Translations under genes and position numbers: made by a program
NCBI GenBank assembly: GCA_016432285.1
Contig: CP066682.1
Location: 794,274 to 858,273, forward strand
From: Candidatus Kaiserbacteria bacterium
GTDB lineage: Bacteria; Patescibacteriota; Minisyncoccia; Phycocordibacterales; UBA2100
Direction: 5' to 3'
Length of the DNA: 64,000 nt
Shown: positions 29,051-38,683 of the stretch, piece after piece
How positions within the stretch are numbered: position 1 is the stretch's first letter
Layout of the letters: each line of letters begins with the position of its first letter
The notes under the pieces: model-generated
Databases searched by the model: none
What the model was told of the DNA's origin: nothing
What the model saw: the letters and a program-made list of their open reading frames with translations, nothing else

Positions 29051-30244
29051 CTATCGTATTCCGTCTTCCATGAAAGAACGTTTGATTGGCAGGTGGTTGT
29101 GCTTTGGTTCAAAGCCACGCAGGCGACCCTCGCGCACCCGCGCGATGATGTCTTTGGCGATACGCTGGGAAGCTTTGCCATCCCCTAGTGTGTGTTTCCA
29201 CTTTGTTCCCACGATCTTCTCAAATTTTCGCAGTACGCGCCGCGGCGTGTATTTCTTGGGCTGGTCGGGGTCAAATTTCACGCTTGAGCGGACGTCGTAG
29301 ATCTGCGGTCGCTCGGTTGCCTTCCGGATGTTGATAGAGGGCACGTTGAGAATACAAGCCTCTTCGCTCAGAGTGCCCGAATCAGTAAGTACACCCCGCG
29401 CGTGCGTCAAGAGAATGAGAATTTCTTCGTAGCCGATGGGGTCCACAATGAGGACATTTCCTGGAACCTTCATGCAGTACTCTTTCATCATTTTCTGCGT
29501 GCGGTAGCTTGCGGGAAAGTAGACTGTGTAAGGCATTGCCGCGACAAGCCGCAAAATGGTCTCAAACGATTTTCGTATGTGTACGTTTTCGCGTCGGTGG
29601 CATGTCATGAGCATGTACTTTCTATCCTCGATATTTCTTTTTTTGAAGAATTCCTTCGTCGCTTTCTTCTCCAGACTTTCTTTCTGCTTGAAATAAAACT
29701 CGTTGAGAATATCCACGACGGGATTACGAACGACGACAATATTACGGGGGTTGAGGCCCTCAGCAATGCCACGCTTCTTATACTCGTCTTCGTATGTATA
29801 GATGACATCGGAAATGTGATCAATGATGGTCCTGATCTTCTCTTCAGGCATTCTCCAATCGTATGAGTGCCAGCATCCTTCTATGTGCAGAATCGGAATA
29901 TTAAGCTGTGCCGCCGCAAGCGCTCCCATCGCAGTATTGGTATCCCCAAGGAATACTGTCGCGTCGGGCTTCAGCTTCTCGAAAACAGGATAGAGCTGCG
30001 CGACAAGCTTGGAGACAACCTCGGCATCGGTGGATCCGCGACAATCGAGCTCTATGTCTGGTTTGCTCACCCTGAACTCGCGAAAGAAGATTCCCTTCAG
30101 ATTGTCTGAGTAATTCTGCCCGGACCAAATGAGCACAACATCTATGTCCCTTGCTTGCCGAAGTTGCCGCATGATCAAAACCGCTCGGATGAGATCGGGC
30201 CGAATACCGAGTACAAACGCTATTTTCTTCTTTTTCTTTTTCAT
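29051..30244 (-). CDS. UDP-N-acetylglucosamine 2-epimerase family (WecB/NeuC-like), N-terminal poly-Lys
   Basis: Epimerase_2 motifs FVLGIRPDLI (GTRPE-like) and HIEGCWHS (HVEAGLRS-like); begins MKKKKKK. Confidence 0.8.
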   Translation of the reverse strand: MKKKKKKIAFVLGIRPDLIRAVLIMRQLRQARDIDVVLIWSGQNYSDNLKGIFFREFRVSKPDIELDCRGSTDAEVVSKLVAQLYPVFEKLKPDATVFLGDTNTAMGALAAAQLNIPILHIEGCWHSYDWRMPEEKIRTIIDHISDVIYTYEDEYKKRGIAEGLNPRNIVVVRNPVVDILNEFYFKQKESLEKKATKEFFKKRNIEDRKYMLMTCHRRENVHIRKSFETILRLVAAMPYTVYFPASYRTQKMMKEYCMKVPGNVLIVDPIGYEEILILLTHARGVLTDSGTLSEEACILNVPSINIRKATERPQIYDVRSSVKFDPDQPKKYTPRRVLRKFEKIVGTKWKHTLGDGKASQRIAKDIIARVREGRLRGFEPKHNHLPIKRSFMEDGIR

Positions 30245-30245
30245 A

Positions 30246-31502
30246 TCACCGAGTGAAGCGAACGTGTGGGAGTGGGACGATAAAACGACCCCCGCGAGAA
30301 ACGAACTTCTTGTGCTTCTGGACGATTTCTCTGGAAAACGCCCAGGCGAAGAGTACTACATAATCAGGCGCTTTTCTCCCATAGAGTGAATTCGCCGAGA
30401 CGACCGGAAGGTGGACACCCGGCATGCGTGTGCCTTGCTTTAGCGGTGAATCATCAACGCAGTAATCCAGGAACCTCCCGAGCCCGCAATAATTCGAAAT
30501 GATCGTCGCTCTTCCGGATGCTCCATACCCAGCGATCCGTTTACCGTTTTTTTTCAGCTTTTCAAGAAGTTCAATGAGATCCTCCCTTGATTTTCTGATG
30601 CGCTGATCGAGCTTTTCGTAGGCACTCACCAAGCCATAGTTCTCATGCCTTTCTTTTTTGCGCAGTGACCGAAGCCGTGCTGTTTCAAGGCGTTTTCCGG
30701 CTCGATTCTTCTGCGCATAAAAACGCACGGAACCAGCGTGTATCGGTATGAGCTCAGCGTCGAAGAGCTCCAGGCCGTGCCTCCTAAGAAGACGGCTGAC
30801 TGAAAGCGCCGAGTAGTAGTACTGGTGTTCATGATAGACCATATCGTACTGCGTTTCTTTGAGAAGGCTTCCAAGGTAGTGCACTTCGAAAATGAGCTGT
30901 CCATCGTCTTTGAGAAGTGCGGCAATGCCAGCGAATACGTCGTTGATATCTTCGACGTGCGCAAGCGTGTTGGAGCTGAAAATGACGTCGGCCTTACCCT
31001 CCTCTTTTGCGATACTCCTCGCAAGTTTCTCAGTAAAATACGTGTTCAAGATCGGCATTCCCTTTTTGATCAGAGGCTGAACCAGATTTCTTGCAGGATC
31101 AACGCCGAGAGCACGAAATCCACGCGCTCGAAGCGCCTTGATGAACGAGCCGTCATTGCAACCGATTTCCACGACGAAACGTTTTTTTGGCTCGCCGAAT
31201 TTCTTCGCAAGTCTCGCGGCGATACCCTCAAAATGCCGCACAAGCGTCGCGATGACAGATGAGCGATAATAGTAGTACTTAAAAAGTGTATCTGGACGAA
31301 TCGAAATGTTGACCTGCACAAGAGCGCATTTCTTGCAGAAGACGAGTTGGAGCGGATACCTTTTCTCACCCCGGATTTTTTTTACGGAGCGTGGGATAAA
31401 GCCGCCGGCGAGCGGCATACGGCCGAGATCGGCGACGTGCTTGATTTCACGACTGCCACAGGAGCGACAGGAATTGAAATAAGTATATTCTTTTCCGCTC
31501 AT
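30246..31502 (-). CDS. NDP-hexose C-methyltransferase (TylC3/TcaB9-like) paralogue 2
   Basis: Same architecture as 27870-29042 (CRSCGS...CKKCALV zinc site; VVEIGCNDG motif I). Confidence 0.75.
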   Translation of the reverse strand: MSGKEYTYFNSCRSCGSREIKHVADLGRMPLAGGFIPRSVKKIRGEKRYPLQLVFCKKCALVQVNISIRPDTLFKYYYYRSSVIATLVRHFEGIAARLAKKFGEPKKRFVVEIGCNDGSFIKALRARGFRALGVDPARNLVQPLIKKGMPILNTYFTEKLARSIAKEEGKADVIFSSNTLAHVEDINDVFAGIAALLKDDGQLIFEVHYLGSLLKETQYDMVYHEHQYYYSALSVSRLLRRHGLELFDAELIPIHAGSVRFYAQKNRAGKRLETARLRSLRKKERHENYGLVSAYEKLDQRIRKSREDLIELLEKLKKNGKRIAGYGASGRATIISNYCGLGRFLDYCVDDSPLKQGTRMPGVHLPVVSANSLYGRKAPDYVVLFAWAFSREIVQKHKKFVSRGGRFIVPLPHVRFTR

Positions 31503-32344
31503 ACGCGAGTCCGCAGATATTTCGCATCAAAACGAATTACTTCTCGAAGCGCCCTTTCGAGACTATGCGTATAATGATGCATCTGAAGCGTCTTGCCATA
31601 GCGCGACTTCAGTGTTCGAGTAAGTATGGGCCCTTTCACTTTCCTCACATGGATTCCACCAGTCATACCGGCAAAGACTCGGAGTATATCGTATTTCGAT
31701 ACAGGGCCGAGCGGCGCGAAGTGAACGACACCGAGCGTACGTGTCTTTTCGAAATTTTCTCTTTTCATCATCCATTCGACGAATGCTGCCAACTGTAACG
31801 TCGTACACCCAGTCCACAGATGATTGATGTACCCTGGAACGTCTCTCCCGTCTCTACGCAAACACAGCTCCAGAAGCCCCTTGTGCTCCTTCGGATCAAG
31901 ACCGACTATCGAGGTGCGTATCGTTACTCCCTTCTCTCCAATCTCGCCGCGAAGCTTAGACCTTCCATACAGATCAGAGGGAGACGGTCGAGTAGTTTCG
32001 TCGGCCCGTACGGTAGGTGCGAATACCGCGTCGGTCGAAATGTGTATCACCTTGGAACCGATCTTTTCGCCCATCTTAGCGAGCACACGGGGAAATTCGG
32101 CGTTCATACGTGTGAGATCGTTCCTCGTGCCACCGCGAAGTACACCGATGCAATTCACGACGAAATCGAACTGCTGCGTCCGCAGTAACTTCGCAACCGA
32201 GTGTTTCTTCGCGTCGAAGAAGGCGAGGCCCTTTCTCTTTTGCCTTGCAGTACCGACCACTCCTTTGCCGTAGGATCTCTTCAAGCGCGCAAAAACGACA
32301 CGCCCGAGCATACCCGTAGCTCCCAAAACGAGAACCCGCCTCAT
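31499..32344 (-). CDS. dTDP-4-dehydrorhamnose reductase (RmlD)-like NAD(P)H sugar reductase
   Basis: VLVLGATGMLG Rossmann start, RmlD_sub_bind-like length and YGRSK catalytic motif. Confidence 0.7.
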   Translation of the reverse strand: MRRVLVLGATGMLGRVVFARLKRSYGKGVVGTARQKRKGLAFFDAKKHSVAKLLRTQQFDFVVNCIGVLRGGTRNDLTRMNAEFPRVLAKMGEKIGSKVIHISTDAVFAPTVRADETTRPSPSDLYGRSKLRGEIGEKGVTIRTSIVGLDPKEHKGLLELCLRRDGRDVPGYINHLWTGCTTLQLAAFVEWMMKRENFEKTRTLGVVHFAPLGPVSKYDILRVFAGMTGGIHVRKVKGPILTRTLKSRYGKTLQMHHYTHSLERALREVIRFDAKYLRTRV

Positions 32345-33396
32345 TGAGAACGTACGCGAGCGAGTTCGCTGCGTATTTCCGGTAGTGTCAGAAGGAGCTT
32401 CTTAAGCGCGGACCGTGAGAGTCTCGCGGTGTTCGCCGAGGTATATCCTTCCTCCGGAAGCCTGTGCTGAACGTGGCCTTTGTAGTGGTATTCGCGGTAA
32501 TCAATGTGCATGCTTTCCGGAACAATCGTAAAGTATTTTTTCTGATCAATCGTGCGAAGTTTCTCCTCTCGCGTGATAAGGGCTTCGTGTATTTTTTCTC
32601 CGGGACGAATACCGATCTCCTTGATCGCCCCGCGATATGAAAAAATGTCTTTGAGAACGGCTGCGACATCGGCGATCGTCGCCGCGGGCGCTTTGGTCAC
32701 ATAAATCTCACCGGGCTTGCCCTTTTCGAGTGCAAAAAGCACGAGATCGATAGAATCTTCGAGGCTCATCATAAAACGAGTCATGCCTCCGTGTGTCAAC
32801 GTAAGCGGCTTTCCTGCCTGCATCTGCTCTACAAAGAAAGGAATAACAGAGCCGCGCGTATACATAACGTTACCATAGCGAGTCCCGCACAGAATCGTCT
32901 CGCCATGTTGCTCGCGTGCTTCCGCGATCATCACGCGTTCCATAAGTGCCTTCGTCATACCCATGGCATTTATCGGCGCACACGCCTTATCGGTACTGAG
33001 GACGACGACACGCTCGACACGATGTTTTACAGCGCTTTCGATCACATTGTAGCTCCCCAGGATATTGGTGTAGACGGCCTGCATCGGAAAGAATTCGCAC
33101 GTGGGCACCTGCTTCAGTGCTGCCGCATGGAAGACATAGTTGACTCCTTCCATCGCATGATCAATAGACGCGCGATCCCGTACGTCTCCGACAACAAACT
33201 TCAAGCGGTCATCGTGGAAGGTGTTGCCCATGTCAAACTGCTTCTTTTCATCGCGGCTGAAGATGACGACACGCTTCACCCCGCTTCTGAGGAGGCGTGC
33301 GGTGACTGCATTCCCAAAGGAGCCGGTACCGCCCGTTATAAGAATAGTTTTCCCTTTGAAACGAGAGCTGGACCGGCCCCGGGTGGCAGTCTTCAT
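32341..33396 (-). CDS. UDP-GlcNAc 4,6-dehydratase (PseB/CapD/FlaA1-like, Polysacc_synt_2)
   Basis: ILITGGTGSFG, SRDEKKQ, STDKACAPINAMGMTKALMER motifs characteristic of PseB/CapD; start chosen at MKTATRG. Confidence 0.75.
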   Translation of the reverse strand: MKTATRGRSSSRFKGKTILITGGTGSFGNAVTARLLRSGVKRVVIFSRDEKKQFDMGNTFHDDRLKFVVGDVRDRASIDHAMEGVNYVFHAAALKQVPTCEFFPMQAVYTNILGSYNVIESAVKHRVERVVVLSTDKACAPINAMGMTKALMERVMIAEAREQHGETILCGTRYGNVMYTRGSVIPFFVEQMQAGKPLTLTHGGMTRFMMSLEDSIDLVLFALEKGKPGEIYVTKAPAATIADVAAVLKDIFSYRGAIKEIGIRPGEKIHEALITREEKLRTIDQKKYFTIVPESMHIDYREYHYKGHVQHRLPEEGYTSANTARLSRSALKKLLLTLPEIRSELARVRSQ

Positions 33397-33412
33397 ATAC
33401 GTGCCAACCAAC

Positions 33413-34480
33413 CTATACCGTACGGACGCATTCGGCAAGTAGTGCAGCCTGTCTCTCCCATGTGAATGTATGCTCGACGGATTCGCGCGCTTTCCTGCAA
33501 AGACGCTCGCGGAGTGCTGAGTCCTTCAGCCGTACCATTACTTCAAGGAACTTTTCTTCATCATCTGGCGGATAAAGAAGGCCGCTCACATCATCTTCGA
33601 TAATCTTCGCACAATCGCCCGTTTCACTTGCAACGACAACGCGGCCCATGGCGAGATACTCGATCAGCTTCCCCGCTGTATTGAGGCTCGTTACCCGCGT
33701 CAGGGGCCGTGGTATTACGAGCATGTCGCAGGCCGCGAGAAACGCTGGCACTTCTTCGGGCGGAACCGACGGATATACTTCGATTTCAGGATTTTGTGTA
33801 AAACGCTTCCCCTCGCTTGAAAGAATAGCGAGTCGAAATTCCGGATGCAGTACCTTGAGCTTCTCGAATGACCTGATCAGGAATTCGATGCCCTGCCATT
33901 TGCGAAGATTCCCGGCGTACCCGATCACAAGCCCACCGCGCGGGACATACGAAGCTGGTGCCACATCTGGGCGAAACACATGCATATCGGCACCACCGAA
34001 GATAGTCACGACGTTCTTGTTATACTTCCGCAACTCTTGAGATGCCGCTTCACCGGAAGCGGTTATGAGATCGCACAGGGCGTAGAGGCGGTGCGCAAGT
34101 GCCCGATAGGCCCTGTACCTGAGCGATCCATAGCTGCCGTATTCGAGTCCTTCTTCTTCGAGAAAACCGTGCATTTCGAGAACAACCTTCGCGCGCGTGA
34201 ATAGTCTAGCCAGTAAGAGATACGGCCACGTCGCTACAGTGTGCCCGAGGATCACGTCGGTCTTATTTTTTCGCATGAAGCGCACGAGGGCTATGCCTTC
34301 TTTGAGATGCTTATTGAAAAGCCGGACGTGCGATGCAGGAAGCGGCAACTCTTCGTCCCACGAAAAAATGGTGAGCTCGATCGCTTCTGTACGCGCAAGA
34401 CCTGAGAGGAGGTGGGAAACCCGAATCGGCGTCCCGCGACGATCGCTGAGCTTCCCCCGATAGAACGCCACGATTTTCAT
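33413..34480 (-). CDS. GT4-family glycosyltransferase
   Basis: Glycos_transf_1 C-terminal domain. Confidence 0.8.
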   Translation of the reverse strand: MKIVAFYRGKLSDRRGTPIRVSHLLSGLARTEAIELTIFSWDEELPLPASHVRLFNKHLKEGIALVRFMRKNKTDVILGHTVATWPYLLLARLFTRAKVVLEMHGFLEEEGLEYGSYGSLRYRAYRALAHRLYALCDLITASGEAASQELRKYNKNVVTIFGGADMHVFRPDVAPASYVPRGGLVIGYAGNLRKWQGIEFLIRSFEKLKVLHPEFRLAILSSEGKRFTQNPEIEVYPSVPPEEVPAFLAACDMLVIPRPLTRVTSLNTAGKLIEYLAMGRVVVASETGDCAKIIEDDVSGLLYPPDDEEKFLEVMVRLKDSALRERLCRKARESVEHTFTWERQAALLAECVRTV

Positions 34481-35568
34481 ACAGTGCCGTAGTGCTCCCG
34501 GGCTATTTTTGCGAGCCTATCCGCAAGATGTCGCGAGAATGCGTCCATTCTCAGGTGATCTTTGTACGCGCTTCTCGCCTTCCTTTGCATATCTGCAAAT
34601 TTCTCTGGAGTCAGCGAGCGATGAAAATCGAGAAGGATACGGTCTAAATTTTGTAGATCTGTGTGATCTACGACCACGCAGAAAGCGCGGTAGTCAATTA
34701 CATCTTCGAGCGGCATCACGCGTGCAGTATCTATAAAAAGCGGAACGCGACCGAGGCTTATCGCTTCATAGAAGCGCGTGGACGCATTTGCGTCTCCGCG
34801 TATGTCGAGCGCATAATCCGAGGACGCAAGATTTTCCACGAATTCCCGCCGCAGCGTTTCTGGATCCTTCTCCATGGTTACCGTGCTTCCGGAATACGAG
34901 CCACGGGAAATAATGTTCGCTTTCACCAGCCTTGAGCGACGCAACACTTGTACCGCCTTCTGGCGGAGAAAGACTCCCTTCGTGTAAGCGCCGTATCGAC
35001 GATCGAAAAGCGTCGCAATCGAATACGGCAGTTTCCGAATACCCGTCCGCAGCCGCTGATAGGTCGACATCTCACTCCACCCCGCAAACCCAACACTTGG
35101 AATCGGCTCCCACGATCGCAATTCAAGCGCATTCTTATAATATCGGGCAAGGAGATCCTCGCAAAAAACCGGCATCGCTATCTCGTTCTCGCGAACATCA
35201 AAGCGATACTGTCCGATACGGAGAATGTACGCATCCTTTTCATGGACAGTACGCTCCAGATCTCCCGCTGCGTCTATAAGGAGCAATTTTTTGGCCGCAT
35301 GCGCCTCTCCAATAAGAGAGCGGAGCACGGACTCGTGCTTTTCCTTGAGATGCCAATAATTGTGCGGAGGGAGTACGAAATCAGCGTCGGCTATTTTTTC
35401 AACCATCTCGAATTGGGAGGTGTCGACGGACTGGCTTTTGTACATTGCCTCGACAAAGGGTTCCAGCTTTCGCTGAGGCATTCCCCAGAACGAATACAAA
35501 AAAGGAATATAGCGAATATCGCCCTGCACGAGTGATTTGTTGACGTAGAGCCGTACGGGCTTTGGCAT
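34477..35568 (-). CDS. Exostosin (GT47)-like glycosyltransferase
   Basis: C-terminal block STRFYEAISLGRVPLFIDTARVMPLEDVIDYRAFCVVVDHTDLQNLDRIL matches the exostosin family conserved C-terminal region. Confidence 0.5.
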   Translation of the reverse strand: MPKPVRLYVNKSLVQGDIRYIPFLYSFWGMPQRKLEPFVEAMYKSQSVDTSQFEMVEKIADADFVLPPHNYWHLKEKHESVLRSLIGEAHAAKKLLLIDAAGDLERTVHEKDAYILRIGQYRFDVRENEIAMPVFCEDLLARYYKNALELRSWEPIPSVGFAGWSEMSTYQRLRTGIRKLPYSIATLFDRRYGAYTKGVFLRQKAVQVLRRSRLVKANIISRGSYSGSTVTMEKDPETLRREFVENLASSDYALDIRGDANASTRFYEAISLGRVPLFIDTARVMPLEDVIDYRAFCVVVDHTDLQNLDRILLDFHRSLTPEKFADMQRKARSAYKDHLRMDAFSRHLADRLAKIAREHYGTV

Positions 35569-35572
35569 ATTA

Positions 35573-36595
35573 TTACCTTAGAATCTCTGCAAGCTTCGCG
35601 GAAAGAAGTACGAGCGAGTGGGTGTCAACGACGAAAGATCGCTGACGTTTCGAAAGCGCTTCTTTTTCCTCAGCCGAGAGATTGAGGGCGACTTTGAGGG
35701 CGCTTGCGACGGGCTGCGCCTCCGGGCGCTCCACGAAAAGTGCGGCAGGAAGCACGCTTCGCACCGCATCGTTGTAAGCGACCACCGTGCATCCGGCGGC
35801 CATCGCCTCGCCGATGGTCTTATCGAAGCTTCCGGAGGGAGTCAGGTTGACGTAGATCTCGTGCGAAGCAAAAAGCTCGGCTGCCTTTTCGTTGGTAACC
35901 CCGGCGTGGACGGAAAGCAAACCTGCGAGGGAGGCGGCTGCCGTGCGGATCTCGCGGACGTACTGCGAATCGGGCACTGTCGGGTCGCCGTAAAGTGAGG
36001 CGTGGAGCTGCACCTTTTGTTCCGCAAGTATGCGAAGCGCCTGCACGAACACATCCGCGTTTTTCACTTGATCCAGCCGCCCCAAAAAAAGCACCGACCG
36101 GGCTGACTTTTCCCCGCGCGGCGCAAAACGCTCCGTATCGATCCCGATCGGCATGCGGCGAGATCGCGGAAAGTGCGCCACATACGCGGCGGGCGACGTG
36201 AAGCATACGACATGGGCAAGCGCTCCCGCGATCCGCGTGAGAAGGCTCCCCATGCGGTGATTGCGCCAGAGCACTACACGCTTCCCCCACAAAAGCCACA
36301 GCAGGCTCCCGAGGAGCACGTACTCCTGATTCATATGCACGAACACTGCGTCGTACTCATTCCGCAACGTCCAGATATATCGGTAAAAGGCAAGCACGTA
36401 CTCGATCCTCGAAACGCCGCGCTCTTTGCCGAGCGAATGCACTGCCACGTTGACAGGTAGTTGGTGCCTCCCCTCTCCGAGACAGATCACGTTGACCTTC
36501 TCGTACTTTTTGGAAAACTCCTCGATCCAGCGATGAAAAAAGCCGAGAACCGGATCGTCCCGGTCCACGGCCTGCGTCAGGATGAGAAGTCGCAT
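35573..36595 (-). CDS. GT4-family glycosyltransferase
   Basis: Glycos_transf_1 C-terminal domain. Confidence 0.75.
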   Translation of the reverse strand: MRLLILTQAVDRDDPVLGFFHRWIEEFSKKYEKVNVICLGEGRHQLPVNVAVHSLGKERGVSRIEYVLAFYRYIWTLRNEYDAVFVHMNQEYVLLGSLLWLLWGKRVVLWRNHRMGSLLTRIAGALAHVVCFTSPAAYVAHFPRSRRMPIGIDTERFAPRGEKSARSVLFLGRLDQVKNADVFVQALRILAEQKVQLHASLYGDPTVPDSQYVREIRTAAASLAGLLSVHAGVTNEKAAELFASHEIYVNLTPSGSFDKTIGEAMAAGCTVVAYNDAVRSVLPAALFVERPEAQPVASALKVALNLSAEEKEALSKRQRSFVVDTHSLVLLSAKLAEILR

Positions 36596-36604
36596 TGTCG
36601 CAGT

Positions 36605-37495
36605 TTAGCGTCTTTTCCTGCCCTTCGCTTTTCCCGATCGTGCGACCGCGGGACCGTACACGCCCTCCAAGAGATCGAGGTCCTTCTTCGTGCCTGTGAG
36701 GAGATCAACGTTCATCGCCTCCATGGCTTCGAGCACCCGATGTGCGTACTTTTGTTGCGGCAGATGCTTTTTGACGTGCGAGCGGAGCGCTGCCATGTCT
36801 TTAATAAAGCAGCCGCCGCCCGCGCCACGTCCGCTCTTGTGCACCGGATTGGAGTATCGATTCGAAATCAGGGGGTCCGCCTGGATCGCTTTATTGACGA
36901 CATCCCAGCTCGCGCCGAGCTTTTCCGCGAGATCGTACATAACATTAAAAAGGATCACCTGCGCGTAGCCGCTCGCGTTGTGGGAGTACTTAAAGATTTC
37001 CGCTTCGACGCTCTTGCAGATCATGGAAAACGGCGCCTTCGGCAGAATTTTCATGACGCGCTCCGCGGCGCTGTAGTGTTTGGCGTCCGTGACGGGCATG
37101 CCGACGAGATTCGCAAAGGGGTGCGCGGCGTCGTGCACGTGCGAGACGATGGAGAGGAACTCAGGATTGAAAAGGAGCGTGATCTGCGGAAACTGCTTCT
37201 GGAGCTTTTCGGTCGTGCCCGGGAGGACGGTCGATTTGATCACCGCAACCTTCCCCGCCCCCACGAGCGGCAGAACGCTCTCGACGACCGAGATGTCGAA
37301 GCCCTTCGGCGTCGTCGGCGTCCACACGGCGATGAAGACGATATCGCACTCTTTGATTTTGTCTTTATTTTTCAACCACGGCTTTTCAAGCGAGTAGCGC
37401 ACGACTTCGTAGCCGCGCTCTTCAAAATTGTCGGAATACGCCTTTCCGATCCATCCCTGCCCAATAAATCCGATGAGCGGCTTTCCTTGTGCCAT
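36605..37495 (-). CDS. Nucleotide-sugar dehydrogenase family protein (UDP-Glc/GDP-Man DH-like) lacking the C-terminal UDP-binding domain
   Basis: Rossmann IGFIGQGWIGKAY and catalytic-Cys motif GGGCFIKD (GGSCFPKD-like); only 296 aa. Confidence 0.55.
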   Translation of the reverse strand: MAQGKPLIGFIGQGWIGKAYSDNFEERGYEVVRYSLEKPWLKNKDKIKECDIVFIAVWTPTTPKGFDISVVESVLPLVGAGKVAVIKSTVLPGTTEKLQKQFPQITLLFNPEFLSIVSHVHDAAHPFANLVGMPVTDAKHYSAAERVMKILPKAPFSMICKSVEAEIFKYSHNASGYAQVILFNVMYDLAEKLGASWDVVNKAIQADPLISNRYSNPVHKSGRGAGGGCFIKDMAALRSHVKKHLPQQKYAHRVLEAMEAMNVDLLTGTKKDLDLLEGVYGPAVARSGKAKGRKRR

Positions 37496-37531
37496 GGTGA
37501 GCGCGATTGTACCTCGCCTCGGATATTTCGG

Positions 37532-38683
37532 CTAGCCGCGCACTTCCACGCTTTTTTCAATGTCGTCGCAGTACGCCCGCACGTACTCCTCAAAATTGCG
37601 GTACGGATAATCCTGCAAGATGGCGGTACGCGGCCCCTCGCTCACCCACGCTGCGAGCGCCTCTGCGAAACCATCTTCGGAGGCGACGATCGCTCCCGCT
37701 TCTCGCGCGACGCCGACGTTGGTCGCGAGCACCGGCTTCCCCGCAGCAAGCGCCTCGACGATCACGAGTCCGTATCCTTCGTATCTAGAAGGAAGGAGCA
37801 CAAGATCCGCAAGTGCGTAGTACGGGGCGGGATCGCGCGTACCTTCGAAAAAGACGCGCTCATCGATCCGCAGCTGTTTTGCCGCGCCCTTCAGCATTAC
37901 CAACTCCGTCCCGTCGCCCACAATGATGAGACAACTCTCTTGGGGGGCGCTCGCCGCGAAGGCCCGAAGCGCGAGCGCGACATTCTTCTCCCTCTCCAGC
38001 CGCGAGACGACGAGAAATCGGAACGAGAATCGTTCGAACCTTTTTTTCAAAGCTTCGTCCGGCCGCGCTTCCGAAAAGCGCGCGGTATCGACGAAGATCG
38101 GGAGAGTAGTGATCGGCACTTCGAGCGAGAATTTTTCCTCGATGGAGTGCGCGATGCGGTCTGAGACGGCGCGTATGCGCGCGGCGCGCATCAACACAAA
38201 GCCCGCGAGAAACACGCGGATCCGGTTGAGGAGGCTGAGATTCCAGTATTCGCGCGAAAGAAAGTCGGTGTGCACCTGCACGTGGAGCGGTGCGCGCTTT
38301 TTGCGCGCAATCAACCACGCAGCCACGCCCGTCTCAAACGGGTCCTGCGACGTTACGACATCGATCGCCGAGACCTTTTTTCCGATTCGCAGCGCGTCAA
38401 AGACGCGAAGAAAGCGCAGGCGCGAATTCGTCGGATGGAGGTGCACGCGCCCCTCGACTACTTCGGGCGTGTACCCCGGACCGCAGAGCACCACAATGTG
38501 CACCTCGCGGAAGCTTTTCGTGTACGCGAGAATGCGGGCCCGCACGGATGATGCGTGCTCGAATACGGCCGTCTCTGTGCCTACAACGAGGAGGTTTTGT
38601 GGGGTACTATGCGGCGAATGATGCGCACGCTGCTCCGGCTCGCCACGGCCCTCGGTGCTCCCGGATTGCTGCGGTTTTTCCAT
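37532..38683 (-). CDS. GT4-family glycosyltransferase (start uncertain; may use a non-ATG start downstream of 38683)
   Basis: Glycos_transf_1 C-terminal domain; N-terminal 30 aa of ORF low-complexity and overlapping the divergent deacetylase gene. Confidence 0.65.
   Translation of the reverse strand: MEKPQQSGSTEGRGEPEQRAHHSPHSTPQNLLVVGTETAVFEHASSVRARILAYTKSFREVHIVVLCGPGYTPEVVEGRVHLHPTNSRLRFLRVFDALRIGKKVSAIDVVTSQDPFETGVAAWLIARKKRAPLHVQVHTDFLSREYWNLSLLNRIRVFLAGFVLMRAARIRAVSDRIAHSIEEKFSLEVPITTLPIFVDTARFSEARPDEALKKRFERFSFRFLVVSRLEREKNVALALRAFAASAPQESCLIIVGDGTELVMLKGAAKQLRIDERVFFEGTRDPAPYYALADLVLLPSRYEGYGLVIVEALAAGKPVLATNVGVAREAGAIVASEDGFAEALAAWVSEGPRTAILQDYPYRNFEEYVRAYCDDIEKSVEVRG

Noticed and set aside
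36461-38164. 567-aa plus-strand ORF, and similar long plus-strand ORFs at 27513-28637, 41635-42546, 43653-44930, 49514-50578, 59938-60702 and 61870-63540
   Set aside because: Each lies antisense to a well-supported minus-strand gene with clear family motifs. Translations are Arg-rich and low-complexity, typical of stop-codon-poor shadow frames in GC-rich DNA.
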